A DNA stretch of 64,000 bases from Alphaproteobacteria bacterium (GTDB taxonomy: Bacteria; Pseudomonadota; Alphaproteobacteria; CALKHQ01), in contig CBDDFZ010000001.1 in assembly GCA_965227515.1 (NCBI GenBank), forward strand, positions 2,592,001 through 2,656,000, read 5' to 3'. A program made the translations under genes and the position numbers. Below the pieces are notes generated by a model. That model did no database searches and was not told the DNA's origin. It was given only the letters and a program-made list of their open reading frames with translations. Below, in pieces: positions 9,787-23,000 of the stretch (positions within the stretch are counted from its first letter, which is position 1; every line of letters begins with the position of its first letter).

Positions 9787-10686
9787 ATGCCGACCAACGC
9801 AATGCTGACCCAGGCGCACAAGGACCAGTACCAGGAGCAGGGGTTCGTGATGATCGAGGGCGCGGTACCGCCCGAGACCGTCGCCGAGGCGTGTGCCGCC
9901 GTCGATGCGCTGGTCGACGCCTCCCGCTTCGTGCGCGCCAACGACGACCGCTACGATCTGGAAGACGACCACTCGGCGACCTCGCCGCACGTGCGCCGCA
10001 TCAAGGACCCGCACTCCGCGCACCCGGTGTTCGAGAACTTGTTGCGCGGCGACCTGCTGCTGGACATCGTCGCCGGGCTGATCGGCGACAATCTGCGCAT
10101 GCATCACACCAAGCTCAACATCAAGCCGGGCCATGGCGGCGAGGCGGTGGAGTGGCACCAGGACTGGGCGTTCTATCCGCACACCAACGACGACATCCTG
10201 GAAATCGGCGTGATGCTGGACGACTGCACCGCCGACAAGGGTCCGCTGCTGATGATCCCCGGCAGCCACAAGGGCCGCATCTACGACCACCACCACAAGG
10301 GCCATTTCGTCGGCGCCATCGACATGGACGACGCCGACTTCGATCCTGCGAGTGCGGTGCCGCTGATCGGCCCGGCCGGGTCTATCACCATCCACCACGT
10401 GCGCATGGTGCATGGTTCGGAGCCGAATATGTCGGCGCACGACCGCCGGCTGCTGCTGCATGGCTATGCCGCCGCCGATGCATGGCCGCTGGTCGCCTAC
10501 ACGTTCCCGGACTTCGCGGCCCACGAGGCGAACATGCTGCGCGGGTCGTCGACCCTGGAGCCGCGGCTGGCCAACGTGCCGGTGCGCATGCCCTATCCGC
10601 CGGCGCCCAGCCAGGGCTCCATCTTCGAGAACCAGCGCGAAGTGCGCGGACGCTCCTTCGGCGCGGCGGCGCTGGCCGAGACCTGA
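9787..10686 (+). CDS. Phytanoyl-CoA dioxygenase (PhyH) family 2OG-Fe(II) enzyme
   Basis: WHQD iron ligands, LMIPGSHK, HHVRMVHGSEPN, DRR; start 9787 has a GGAGG SD (9766 alternative). Confidence 0.88.
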   Translation: MPTNAMLTQAHKDQYQEQGFVMIEGAVPPETVAEACAAVDALVDASRFVRANDDRYDLEDDHSATSPHVRRIKDPHSAHPVFENLLRGDLLLDIVAGLIGDNLRMHHTKLNIKPGHGGEAVEWHQDWAFYPHTNDDILEIGVMLDDCTADKGPLLMIPGSHKGRIYDHHHKGHFVGAIDMDDADFDPASAVPLIGPAGSITIHHVRMVHGSEPNMSAHDRRLLLHGYAAADAWPLVAYTFPDFAAHEANMLRGSSTLEPRLANVPVRMPYPPAPSQGSIFENQREVRGRSFGAAALAET

Positions 10687-10707
10687 TCCCAGGCCCTTGG
10701 CGGCAAC

Positions 10708-11121
10708 CTATTGCGGTGGCGGCCCCTCCGGCGCGCCGGCGCAGATCACGTAGCCATCCGGATCGCTGACGTAGACTTCGCGCATGCCGTACCACTGGTT
10801 GAGCGGGCCCTTGACGATGCTGGATGCCGGCGCGCGTCCGGCCACCTCGTCCGCTGGCACGCCGCGCAGGTAGATGGTGCCGGTCATTTCAGGCGACCGC
10901 CCGGCGAACTGGGGCAACTCCTCTGAGATGCTGGACGCCAGTTGCAGCATCAGCTGGCCGCCCGCGCCCTCCAGCGTCGCGAACACTGCATCCGCGCCGT
11001 CGCCCTCGGTGGACACGGAACGGTCGGCGGCCACCAGCACGCTGACGTGCATGCCGAACACCTCGCCGTAAAAGGCGATCGCGCGCGGCATATCGCTGAC
11101 CATCAGGTTGGGCACGATCAT
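10708..11121 (-). CDS. VOC/glyoxalase family protein
   Basis: PNLMVSDMPRAIAFY...WYGMREVYVSDPDGY. Confidence 0.85.
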   Translation of the reverse strand: MIVPNLMVSDMPRAIAFYGEVFGMHVSVLVAADRSVSTEGDGADAVFATLEGAGGQLMLQLASSISEELPQFAGRSPEMTGTIYLRGVPADEVAGRAPASSIVKGPLNQWYGMREVYVSDPDGYVICAGAPEGPPPQ

Positions 11122-11148
11122 GGGGATGGGTCCTGTTGTGGTGTGCGC

Positions 11149-11559
11149 TCAGCCGCCGACAATGGCGGTGGCTTCGATCTCGATTAGGAATTCCGGCATC
11201 GCCAGCGCCTGCACACCGACAAGGGTGTTGGCCGCCGGTGCCGCGCCGCCGAAGAAGGCACCGATTGCGGGCATGATGTCGGCCAGCTTGTCCGGCGAGT
11301 GGTTCACCACGTAGGTGCGCAGGCGGACGACATCGGCCGGGGTGGCGCCGACATGGGCCAGCACGCGCTTCAGATTGTCCAGCGACTGCGCGGTCTGGGC
11401 CGCCAGGTCGCCGGGGCCGACCAGTTCGCGATTGTCGTCCCAGGCCACCTGGCCCGACAGCTCGATCACCTTGTCCGAGCCGGCGTGGGCGACGGCATGG
11501 CTGAACGCAAACTCCACGGAATTGTACATATCGGCGGGGTTGATCGCTTCGCGCGCCAC
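11149..11559 (-). CDS. RidA/YjgF family protein
   Basis: LSGQVAWD, QTAQSLDNL, PAANTLVGV, LIEIEATA. Confidence 0.88.
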   Translation of the reverse strand: MAREAINPADMYNSVEFAFSHAVAHAGSDKVIELSGQVAWDDNRELVGPGDLAAQTAQSLDNLKRVLAHVGATPADVVRLRTYVVNHSPDKLADIMPAIGAFFGGAAPAANTLVGVQALAMPEFLIEIEATAIVGG

Positions 11560-11712
11560 GGCACGTCTCCTTCGTTGAAATTTTGGGGTGGATGTTGTGA
11601 GGGCGCCACTATGGAGTGCGTGAGCCTGGATGAATAGGGCTTGCCACGGCGATCAAGGCCTGTTGAATGCACAAGCCCGACCGATCGTCAGACCAAATCC
11701 GTGGAGTCCCAG

Positions 11713-12219
11713 ATGCATTTGCGCCTAGCCCTGCCGATTGCCGTCGTGTTCGCGGCGACCCTTGCCGCCTGTGCGGGCGAGCCGGACCCGGTGCCCGAAG
11801 AAGTTTTTGGTCCGGGGGACGGCGGGAGCGACGTCGGGCCCGCCGAGACCCCCGACGAGACCGCCGCCGCCACTGCCGCCGCTGCCGCCGCCGACACCGC
11901 CGCGCCATTGCCCGATGGCCCGGCGCATGGCACTGGCCTCGCGGTGGCGCTGAGCGGCCGCAGCATCGTCAGCCAGGCGGACGGCATCTGCCGCTATTTC
12001 AGCGGCGACGGCGTGCTGCAGGTGGTCGAGGCCGGGCAGCCGACGCGCACGGGCGACTGGTGGGTCGCGGTCACCGATGTCGACGTATGCGAGCGGGTCG
12101 GCGAGGTGGCGTTGTGCCGGGAAACCACGTTCGGCGACGATGGCACCGTGACGTCGGCCGGCAGCGATACCGATCCGACGGTCGTCGGCCAGTTGGCCGA
12201 GGGCAACGCGTGCATCTGA
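11713..12219 (+). CDS. Hypothetical lipoprotein
   Basis: Lipobox LAAC after hydrophobic stretch; low-complexity Ala/Pro linker; Cys-containing C-terminal domain. Confidence 0.65.
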   Translation: MHLRLALPIAVVFAATLAACAGEPDPVPEEVFGPGDGGSDVGPAETPDETAAATAAAAAADTAAPLPDGPAHGTGLAVALSGRSIVSQADGICRYFSGDGVLQVVEAGQPTRTGDWWVAVTDVDVCERVGEVALCRETTFGDDGTVTSAGSDTDPTVVGQLAEGNACI

Positions 12220-12259
12220 CCGCCAGCAGCCGCGGGCCCGCCGCTCCAGGGGCGTCGCC

Positions 12260-13522
12260 GTGAGGACCCTGGTCATCGGCGCCGGCATCGTCGGCACCAC
12301 CACGGCCTACTACCTGGCCAAGCTGGGGCACGAGGTCGAGGTCGTCGACCGCCAGCCGGATGTGGCGCTGGAGACCAGCTTCGCCAATGGCGGCGTGCTG
12401 CACGCCGGCGACTGCGAGCCGTGGTCGCAGCCGGGCATGGTGCGCAACGCCTTGCGCTGGTTCGGCAAGGAGGATGCGCCGCTGTTGCTGCGCCCGTCCG
12501 CCCTGCCGCGGATGTGGCGCTGGGGGCTGGCGTTTGCCCGCAACTGCGCGCCGGAGCGCTTTCACCGCAACACCATGGCCAATTTGCGCCTGTCGCTGCT
12601 GACCCTGCAGGAGATCGCCGAGGTCCGGGCCGAGGCTGGCATGAACTATGACCTGCGCCAGACCGGCATGCTGCGGGTTTTTCGCCGGCAGGACACGTTG
12701 GACGCGAAAGCGGCGGAATGCGCCGGATGGGGAGACCTGGGACCGGCGTTCGAGGTGCTGGACGCGACCGAGACCGTGCGCCGCGAGCCGGCGCTTGCCA
12801 GCCAGCACAACCGGTTGGCCGGCGCGCTGCATTTCACTGCCGACGAGACCGGCGACTGCCGCATGTTCACCCAGGGCCTGCGCGACCATTGCACCAAGCT
12901 GGGCGTACGTTTCCGTTTCGGCATGTCGGTGGATGCGCTGGAGCGGTCAGGCAACCGGGTCAGCGGCGTCCGCACGGCCGACGGCGAACGCATCGCCGCC
13001 GACAATGTCGTGGTGGCGGCGGCCACCGGGGCGCCAGCCCTGCTGCGGCCGCACGGCGTCAAGCTGCCGATCTATCCCGTGAAGGGGGTGACGATCACCG
13101 TTTCAGGCGTGCCGTGGGACGGGCGCCCGAAGATCCCCGTCATCGACGACAGCGGCATGTTCGTGCTGACCCCGTTGGGCGTGCGCCTGCGCGTCGCGGG
13201 CTCGGCGGAGATCGCCGGCACCGACATCACCCCGTCGCCAGCGCGCTGCAAGGCGATCGTCGACCGGGTGCTGCGGGTGTTTCCCGATTTCGCCACCTGC
13301 TACGACCCGGATACGGCGTCGCTGTGGGCTGGTCTCAGGCCGATGACGCCCACGGGCACGCCGTGCCTGGGGGCGACGCGCATCCCCAATCTGTTCGTCA
13401 ATGCCGGCCATGGCCACCTGGGCTGGACCATGTCGTGCGGTTCGGCTCGGGTGGTCGCCAACATCGTCGACGGCCGCGACCCGGGCATCGACATGGATCG
13501 GCTGGCACTCGACCAGCGCTAG
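12260..13522 (+). CDS. D-amino acid dehydrogenase (DadA-like FAD oxidoreductase)
   Basis: VIGAGIVG, ETSFANGG, WAGLRPMTP, NAGHGHLGWTMSCGS. Confidence 0.9.
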   Translation: MRTLVIGAGIVGTTTAYYLAKLGHEVEVVDRQPDVALETSFANGGVLHAGDCEPWSQPGMVRNALRWFGKEDAPLLLRPSALPRMWRWGLAFARNCAPERFHRNTMANLRLSLLTLQEIAEVRAEAGMNYDLRQTGMLRVFRRQDTLDAKAAECAGWGDLGPAFEVLDATETVRREPALASQHNRLAGALHFTADETGDCRMFTQGLRDHCTKLGVRFRFGMSVDALERSGNRVSGVRTADGERIAADNVVVAAATGAPALLRPHGVKLPIYPVKGVTITVSGVPWDGRPKIPVIDDSGMFVLTPLGVRLRVAGSAEIAGTDITPSPARCKAIVDRVLRVFPDFATCYDPDTASLWAGLRPMTPTGTPCLGATRIPNLFVNAGHGHLGWTMSCGSARVVANIVDGRDPGIDMDRLALDQR

Positions 13523-13532
13523 CGGTGAGCAG

Positions 13533-13628
13533 TCAGTCGCCACCGCCGCAACCGCCGCCACAGCCAGTATCCACATTGTCGGCATGGTTGTTGCGGCCAA
13601 GTGGCTGTCGGCACCGCGCGCATTTTGG
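13533..13628 (-). pseudogene. Probable 3' remnant of a Gly/Cys-tailed gene
   Basis: Minus frame reads PKCARCRQPLGRNNHADNVDTGCGGGCGGGD* with an upstream in-frame stop and no ATG; the tail resembles GCGGGGGCGGD* of 28427..29206. Confidence 0.4.
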
Positions 13629-13960
13629 TCAAGCAGGCTGAACTTTCGATGTTCAGCGCACGTTGCAACCATTACTGGTGCTTGACGCAGGCCGTTCTGG
13701 GCGCGCCGATGCCATTTCTTGCCAAACCAACAACCGGGCCGCGGCCGTTGCGGCAGCGCTCGCGTTGCGCGGGGCTTGGCCTGACCGTGCAATGAAATTC
13801 GCGCTGGAAGAAGTGAGAAATCGTATTCGCATAATATTGATTTGTTCTTCTTCGCATACAATCGTAGGCGCCAATTTCATATTGACTATGTTCTCGTTAA
13901 TAATTTTTGCTTCTCATCGTCTGATAGACCTCCCGACTTCGCAAATTCATTCAAATTCGA

Positions 13961-13986
13961 TTGAAAAAACGTTAAAAAACGGTTAT
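13961..13986. promoter_or_regulatory. CtrA-like boxes upstream of TpsA-1
   Basis: TTGA-N7-TTAA-N7-TTAT in AT-rich leader; same relative position as the box upstream of TpsA-2. Confidence 0.55.
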
Positions 13987-14069
13987 ATATACAACTGTAT
14001 GGATGCATAGGTAACGTTGAGTGCGCCCATACGCCGATTATCACATGAGTCGGTTCGGGGGTTCATACG

Positions 14070-17000
14070 ATGGCGTTCGATTTGCCGCGCGCACACGGGG
14101 TGCGTGCCTATCGTCATACACTTAATAGTAATCAAATGTCCCTGCAGGGTCGGGACGCGGAACAGGTTCTCCGCCGAACATACCGGACCACGACGGCGCT
14201 GAGCGCCGCGGCCGCGGTGGCCGCGACGACGCTGGCACCTTCAATTGCCCTCGCGTTGCCGCAGGACGGCACCGTGGTCGAAGGCCAGGCCGAGATCATC
14301 TACGGGTCGAACTCGGTGGAGATCGTCCAGGGTTCCGACCGGGTGATCATCGAGTGGTCCTCGTTCGACGTGGGCGTCGACGAGAGCGTCAACTTCGTCC
14401 AGCCCTCGCAATTGGCCTCGGCGCTGAACCGGGTGCTGTCGGGCCAGTCCTCGGCCATCCTCGGCTCGCTGACCGGCAACGGCCAGATCACCATCGTGAA
14501 CCCGGCCGGCATCCACTTCGGGGCGACGGCGAATGTCGACGTGGCGGCGATCACCGCGACCACCATCGACATCATCAACGCCAACTTCATGGCCAACAAT
14601 CTGGCCTTCGACCAGTTCAACGACGACTTCGCGAACGCCACCGTCACCAACGACGGCTCGATCACCGTGCAGGACAGCGGCCTTGCCGCCCTGGTCGCCC
14701 CCGGCGTGGCCAACAACGGCATCATCGCGGCTAGGACGGGCGCGGTGGTGCTGGCGTCGGGTACGGCGTTCACGGTCGACCCCTACGGCGACGGTCTGAT
14801 CCAGTTCGCGGTGAATGCGCCGACGATGGAAGCGCCGGAGGGCATGGACGCCCTGGTCTCGAACTCCGGTGAGATCTATGCCGACGGCGGCACGGTGATC
14901 CTGACCGCTGAGGCGGTCTCCGGCATCGTCGACAACGTCGTGAACATGGACGGCGTGATCCAGGCGCAGACGATCGAGGGCCGGAACGGCCAGATCGCGC
15001 TGGTCGGCGGGTCCGGCGCCGGTGCGGTCAACGTGGCCGGCACGCTCGACGCTTCCGGTAATGACGCCGGCGAGGCTGGCGGCACGGTCCACGTGCTCGG
15101 CGACCAGGTGGCGCTGAACGTCGGCGCGAACGTCGACGTCTCGGGTGCGGCCGGCGGCGGCGAGGCGCTGATCGGCGGCGCCGCGCGCGGCGGTGCGCAG
15201 GCAGCCGGTGCCGCGCTGCAGTACCAAGAGACCGCCCAGGGCCTCAACATCATCTCCGACACGGCGTTCGAGACCGACGGCTACACGCCGACGTCCGATG
15301 TCGCCCTGGTCATGGACGGCGCCGATCTCGACGCACGGGCCACCGTTGACGGCGACGGCGGCCAGGTCATCGTCTGGGGCACGGACGAGGCCTATTTCCA
15401 TGGCGCCGTCGACGCCAGCGGTGCCGGTAATGGCGACGGCGGGTTCGTCGAGATATCGGGCGCGTATGTCTACGCGGACGGATCGGCGCTTGCCGGCGGG
15501 CCTGGCGGTACCGTTCTGATCGATCCTGACGATGCCTGTATCGCCGCTGTCATTGCCAGTTGTGCCTTCACCTCGCCGGTTGGGGTGTCCTTCTTCACGA
15601 CGGCCTTTGTCGCGGCACAACTCGCCGTAGGAAATTTCGTCCTGTCGACTACGGGTGGCGGTGCCGGCGACGGCGACATCGAAATTGGCGACGATCTGAA
15701 CGTGACGCCGGCGGCGGGAGCGACATTGTCGTTGACCGCGAACGACGACATTTGGGTTGACGGCGACATCATCGCCAGCGGTGCGAACGGCCTTAACCTG
15801 GATTTCGTGCTCACCAGCGGCGCAGGCGGCATTCCCAAGTCGGCGGCCATCTTCCTGCCCGGCACGGTCACGGATCTGAATGGCGGCGATGCGACCTTTA
15901 CCGGCACGCCATTCGCCGACTCGCTGTTGCGGGTGGAAGGGTCGATCACCGCTGGCAGCCTGGCGGCCAATGTCGAAGAGGTCCGGCTGCAGCAGGACAT
16001 CAACGTCGCCAGGGAGAATCTGTCCGGCACGGCGACCTTGGTCGAGGTGCAGAGCGACAGCGCGTCGATCCAGGACGCCATCGATTTGGTTAGCGGCAGC
16101 ACCATCAATGTGGCGGCCGGCACCTACAACGAGGCGCTGATCGTCGATGAGCACGTCACCATCATCGGCGCGGGCAGCGGCGACAACCCACTGGTCGACA
16201 CGATTGTCGACGGCACGGGCCTCGGCGACGTCGCGGCATTGGTCGCCATTTCGGCAAGTGGCGTCAGCGACGCCGACCGCCTGGAGCTCATGAATCTTCG
16301 GGTGCAGAATGCCGAGCACACCAACCTTGGCACCAATGCCGGCACCGGCATAAAGATGGTCGCCGGCGGCACCGACTTCATCACGTTCGACAACGTCGTC
16401 TCCACCGGGCACGCCGGACATGGCTTCGCCTACGACGCGAACAGCCTGTCGACCGGTGTCGAGTTGATCGACGTCACCTCGTCCAACAACGCCGGCTATG
16501 GCTTCCGCGTGCCGACCAGCTTGGCGGGCCTGACCGACTTCTCGATCCTTGGCGGAGAATTCGCCGACAATGGCGGCGCCGGTTTCGGCGCCAACCCGAG
16601 CGGCTTCGACAGCGCGGCCAACATTCGCCCATTCACGAACGTGTTGATCGACGGCACCGCGTTCGCCGGCAACAACACGAGCGGCATCGGAGGGCTCGGC
16701 GACATCGTCATTCTGGGCGTCGACGGCGACGTGACGATCCAGAACGTCACCATCGATTCCGACACGTTCCCGGCCAGCCGCGGGCTGTGGTTCGATTTCC
16801 ACGGCGACGCGACCCTGAACATGGACAACGTCGCATTCAGCGGCGTCCCCAGTTCCTGGGGCATGATCATCACCAATTTTGACGGCGCCGACGCCTTGAA
16901 CATGAACGACGTGTCGTTCGACACGGTGGTGCAGACGGCGGGCCGCGCCGATTTCACCGTCTGGGGTGCGGCGTCCACTGGGCCAGTCGACCTGGGCAAC

Positions 17001-20000
17001 ACCGCATTCCTGACCGACCCGGGATCGGGCCCGGCCTCCGACCAGTGGATCGGGCTGGTGTCAGGAGCGACGTCGAACGTCGACGCCTCCGACGCGGTGT
17101 TCAATGGCGTTGTCGGATCGGCCCACACCAGGGACGCGATGCCGAGCGGCTTCTTCCTGGAAGACCGCGTAACCCACGCTCTGGACGACGGCTCGTTGGG
17201 CCTGGTCACTTGGGTGGCCGACAACGTGTTCGTCACCCAGGCCAGCGGCAGCATCCAGCGCGGCGTCGATGCGGCATCGGCGGGCTGGACGGTCAATGTC
17301 GACGACGGCACGTTTGTCGAGAACGTGCTGATCGACAAGTCGCTCGACCTGCTGGGCGCCAATGCCGGCACCGACCCGAACACTGCGGCGCGCGATCCCG
17401 AGACCGAGATCGACGGCGTGGTGCGCGTGGACGCCGGGGTCAGCGGCGTGGCCATCGACGGCTTCACCATTATCGACGGCGCACCCGTGCTGGGTGAGTT
17501 CGGTGGTGTCTACGTCAACAACAACGCCGCCGACGTCACAATCGCCAACAACATCTTTGCGCGCTCCGGCGGATTCGGCACGGCGCGGGCCATCCTGTTC
17601 TCCGGCGCGGCGCCGGGCGTCAGCAACATCGACATTCTGAACAACAGCTTCAGTGGCTGGGCGACCGGCGTCTATGTCAACCCGAACGCCGACGATGTGC
17701 TGATCAGCGGCAACGTGTTCGACGGCAACAACGTCGGGGTGTCGAACGACGGGCCGAACAGCCCCGGCGGCGTCACCATCGACGGCAACACCTTCGCCAA
17801 CAGCGCGTTCGAGGCGCTGGGCCTGGGCGGTCCGGGCACCCGCACGATCACCAACAACGTGTTCGAGAACAACCCGGTGCACATCGGCACCTATGGCGCC
17901 GCCGGCTTGCCGGACGTGGCCACGTTGCAGGCCGACGGCAACACCTTCGACCGCCATGTGACGTCGGACCTGGACGATGCCGGCTCCGCGCGCGACGCGG
18001 CGACGTCGATCTACGGCGAGATCCAGCTCGCCATCGACGAGTCCGCCGCCGGCGCAACCGTGACCGCCAGCGACGGCACGTTCGTGGAGAACGTGGTCAT
18101 CGACAAGGCGCTGATGCTGCTGTCGGAGAACGGGCGCGACTTCACCACCATCGAGGGCATTTCCGGCGTTGGCGCGTTGGGCACGGTCCTGCTGCCGGGC
18201 GGTGTCGACGACGTGCAGATCGGCGACATCGACCAGGGCTTCACCATTGTCGGCATCGACAATGGCGCCCCCGGCATTGAGACCGCGGCGGTCTACCTGC
18301 AGGGCAACCACAACAATTTCGACCTGATCGGCAATGACGTGGTGGCGATGGGCGACGCCGGCCTGCTGGGTGAGTCCGCCGGTGCGCTGACCAACGCGCT
18401 GATCGACAACAACATCTTCTCCGGCCAGACCTTCGAGGGGCCGGAGCCGGCCGACAACGGTTTCAGCAACCAGTTCTCCACGCCGAACGTGCCCCGCCAG
18501 CTCGTCACCCTGGGTGAGGGCAACAGCGGTCCCTTCGTCTCCAACAACATCGCCTTCACCAACAACCAGGTGACCGGCACCGCCGGCGGCAGCAATGGCG
18601 GCGGCGAGCAGGGTAATACGCTCGTCACCATCGATGCCGATATGGTGACGGTCAGCGGCAACACGTTCTCGGGCTTTACCGCCCGGTTCGCCAGCCAGTT
18701 GCGCACCCGCGGGCCGAACACCGACATCGTGAACAACACGTTCATCGTGCCGGCCGGTGTCGCCACGGCCGGCTTGTTCGTGTCCGGCGTCGACTCCACG
18801 GTGATCGCCAACACCTTTACCGGCGGCACGATTGGCATTTCGACCAATCCGAAGGGCGCCATCGCCATCGAGAACAACGTCTTTGATGGCCAGACCGGCG
18901 CCGCACTGAACGTGGGGGCCGACGCTGCGTTCCTGACCGTCTTCAACAACAGCTTCGAGCCGGCCGGCGGCGCGTTCGCGGTGTTCAACAGCTCGGCGGA
19001 GATCGTCAACGCCTCCGGCAACTGGTGGGGCACCAACGACGAGACGCTGGTCGCTGCGATGATGTCCGGCGACGTGGACTTCACGCCCTTCCTGGATGTT
19101 GCCGACGACACCGACGTGGCGGACGGCTTCCAGGGCGACTTCACCACCCTGCACGCAACGGTTCTGGGCGCGCAGACCGACGCCGCAACTTACGGCCGCA
19201 TCCAGGAGGCCATCGACCTTGTGACCGCCAGTACGGTCATCCTTGGCGCCGGCACCTTCATCGACCCGGCCCAGGTGGTGATCGACAAGGACGTCACCAT
19301 CATCGGCCAGGGCTCCGGGACCGGCCCGGGCGACTCGATCGTTAATCCGGGTTTCGACACCGGCAGCGGGGGCAACGCGCGCGGCTGGTGGTTGATCCTG
19401 GACGATGTCGAGGTCGACCTCAGCGACTTCCGGATGGATGGCAACGGGCAGCTCGTGTGGCAGGCGATCCGTCACCTTGGCCGCGGCAGCATCGACAATC
19501 TTGCCTTCAACAACATCCAGTTCAACGCCAGCGGTCCGAGCTACCAGGGTACGGCGGTGGCCGTGTTTGGCGCCACTGATGCCAATGTCGACATCACCAA
19601 CTCGACGTTCGACCAGATCGGCCGCATCGGCGTGCTCTATTTCGGCAGCGCCGTCACCGGCACGTTCGCCAACAACGTCTACACCGGCAAGGGCGACGGC
19701 GATCACCTCGACTACGCGCTCGACATCAGCGCCGGCGCCACCATCAACGTGTTCAACAACACCGTGACGGAAAACCGGGGCGTTGCGTCATCGGATGGGT
19801 CGATCTCCGCCGCGTTCCTGGTCTCCACGTTCTTCGCCGGCGGTACATCGGCTGTGTTCGGCGGCAACACGATGACCGGCAATACCGTCGGCATCGCAGT
19901 CGGCTTCGACGATGCCGATACCAGCACGGTCCAGTTCCTGAATGCGGGCGACAGCGTCGATAGCCACATCATGGCCGGCGCGAACACCTTCATGGATTCC

Positions 20001-23000
20001 GGCAACGAGGACGAGACCGGCATCTTCTTTTCTGGCAACAGCCAGACCATCGTCGGCGATACGTTCGCGGACGCCGTGTTCAACGGCTATGGCGACCTTG
20101 ACGACCTTTACATCCAACTGCGCAATCAGGCGCTGTCGGACCCGGCCAACGTGCGGGTGCTGGACGCGACCGACGTCACCTTCACAGGTGCCAGCGCGAC
20201 CGAGATCGAGGACCGGGTCGAGCACTATCTCGACGATCCGACCAAGGACCTGATCTTCTTCGGCCCGACGATCACCGTCGCCGACAGCATCCAGCTTGCC
20301 GTCAACGCGGCCGAGCAGGCGCGCAGCGACGGTTTCGTCGTCGACGAGATCATGGTCGGTCCGGGCACCTATGGCGGCCGGGTCGAGATTTGGGTCGACG
20401 ACCTGAAGATCACCGGCGACGACGCGATCATCGACCTGGACATGGAGGACCCGTTCTCCAACAACCCGTCGCCTGACGCGCTGCCGAACCATGGCTTCCT
20501 GATCGGCGATGCCGGTGTGGTGGGCGACGGCGTTTCCGGCGACGGCGTCACCGGCTCCTATGCCAACGGGCTGGACGTTTCCGGCGTCGAGATCGACCCG
20601 TTCACCTTCACCAACAGCAACGACGGCAGCGGCACCGGCATCATCGTCGGCCTGTCGGCCGGTCCCAGCGTGGCCTCGAACACCGTCATCGACGGCAATT
20701 CGTTCGAGGACATCGAGGTTGGCATCGCGTTCAACAACGTGGCCGGCACCACCACGATCAGCAACAACACGATCCTGGCCGACCTGATCGGTCTGACGTT
20801 CGAGGGCACGCTGGGCGGTGGCGCCATCGTCGATATCCTGGACAACACCATCGGCGCCGATGGCGACGAGGTGCTGAACGGCATTCTGTTCCAGCGCATC
20901 GACACAGCCGAGGTGACGATCTCCGGCGGCAGCATCGACAGCGGTGCCGGCGCCGGCCCGATCCTGGGCGATGCCATCAACTTCCAGCGGGGCCTGCACA
21001 GCGGCGCCGACGTCGAGATCAGCGGCGTGACCGCGGTCTCCGACGGTGACGAGCCGGTCGACTTCCACCAGGCGATCCGCGCCGGCGCCACCGCGACCAT
21101 CTCCGGCGGCAGCTATACCGGCGGCAACAATGGCGTCGAGTTCTCCGGCGCCATCGCCGGCACCGCCATCATCGAGAACGCAACCATCGTCGGCCAGGGC
21201 GCCGACAAGCGCGGCGTCAATCTCCTCGGGTCGATCACCGGGCTGTTGGACATTTCCGGCAGCACCATCACCGGCGGCGACGACGGCATCGGCTCCAACG
21301 ACAGCGCCGCGAACACGGTCGTCGGCGGCACGGTCCGGCTGACCGACAACACCATCACCGGCATCAGCGGCCATGGCGTGTCGTTCGACGCCATCAGCGA
21401 CGGCGCCGATCTGGAGTTCCTCGGCAACACCGTCGCGGCGGCGCTGAACGGGTTGAGCTTCAATGGCGCGGTGACCGGCTCGCTGATCAACATCGGCAAC
21501 AACAACAACTCCGGCCGCAACATCATCACCGCGGACAACTCCGGCATCGTGTTCGCCGGCTCGATCCTCGATTCCGCCGACGGCAACGGCATTCGCATCC
21601 GCCGCAACACGGTGACCGCCGGGCCGAGCGCCGGCGACCGGGGCATCGAGTTCCGCGACGGCATCGAAGACAGTTTCGTGCGGGTGTCCAACAACCGCAT
21701 CGGGGCCGGTGACGATGGCGTCGCCTTCTACGACCTGAACGGTGGGGCCAACGGCAGCGGCGTGCGCGCCATTGCCGGCACGTCCGATGTCGCACTGAGC
21801 GGCAACCGCATCGGCACCGCCGGCGACCCGGTCGGGGCTGAGGGGCTGGACTTCGACGAGATTATCGACACCGCCACGGTTGTGGTGCGCGAGAATGTGG
21901 TCTTCGCCGACGGCGACGGCATGCAGTTCGACCGCGTCATCAACACCACCGGCAGCACCAATGCGGCGCCGGCGGGCGGCGCGCCGACCTACACCGGCGG
22001 CGTGGTGATCGTCGGCAACGAGATCAACGCGGCCGGCCACGGCGCGCTGTTCGACACTACCATCGACGGCACCGATATCGCGTTCGGCGACAACGACTTC
22101 GGCAGCGATGCCGATCCGGTCGGCGGCGACGGCGTGCAGTTCAAGACCATTGCCGGCGACGCGCTGATCAGTTTCGAGCGCACCCACATCGAAGCGGACG
22201 GCGACGGCGTGTCGGTGGTCGGCGGCATTCTGGACACGGCGACGCTGGCGTTCGATGCGCCGCGCGATCCGGCGGGCGGGCCTGACGGCCGCGATAACGA
22301 CATCGATGCCGGCGGCATCGCGGTCAACGTGGTGAACCTGCAGTCGCCGGGCACCCTGGTGTTCTCAGGCGGCGTCTACAGCGGCGCGGCCGGCAGCGTG
22401 CTGGTCGACAACACCGGCGTCGCCAGCGCGGCGGTCGGCCGGGTGGTGTTCGAGAACGACCCGACGTTCAATGCCGATCCGGGCGTCGATGTCGCGGCGT
22501 TCGTGACCGAGGCGGGCGGCCCCGGCATCGAGATCGACTTCTCCGGTGCCAGTGGTGCCACGTTCAACGGCGGCGAGAACGGCATCGTGTTCGACGGACC
22601 GGGCATCGACATCGCCGGCGACAGCCTGGGCGATATCGCGGTGAACGGCCAGGCCGACCAGTACCTGGTGCTGCGCAATGGCGCGGAGTTCGCGCCCGGC
22701 ATGCCGAACCTGATCGACATTCAGGACGTTGCCTTCGATGGCGACGAGCCTGGCGACCTGTCGCCGGCCGGCCTGGTGGCGCTGGAAAGCAAGCTGGCCC
22801 ACTTCCTCGACACCAACGAGGATGGGCTTTTCTACTACGGCCCCACCTATGCGGTGGCCGATGGCGGCAGCATCCAGCTTGCGGTGAACGCGGCCGAGCA
22901 CGCGCGGTTCCTGCTCAACGACCTGAACGCGGTGGATACGGTCCTTGTCGGGTCCGGCACCTATGGCGGCCGGGTCGAGCTGTGGGTCGACGATCTGAAG

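Noticed and set aside
13637-13657. GCTGAAC-N7-GTTCAGC inverted repeat as an SOS box
   Set aside because: The alphaproteobacterial LexA box is a direct repeat; this is a short hairpin of unknown role
14136-14138. Downstream ATG (MSLQGRD) as start of TpsA-1
   Set aside because: The paralogue has no ATG there, whereas ATG 14070/30892 and the upstream GGGGG are positionally conserved
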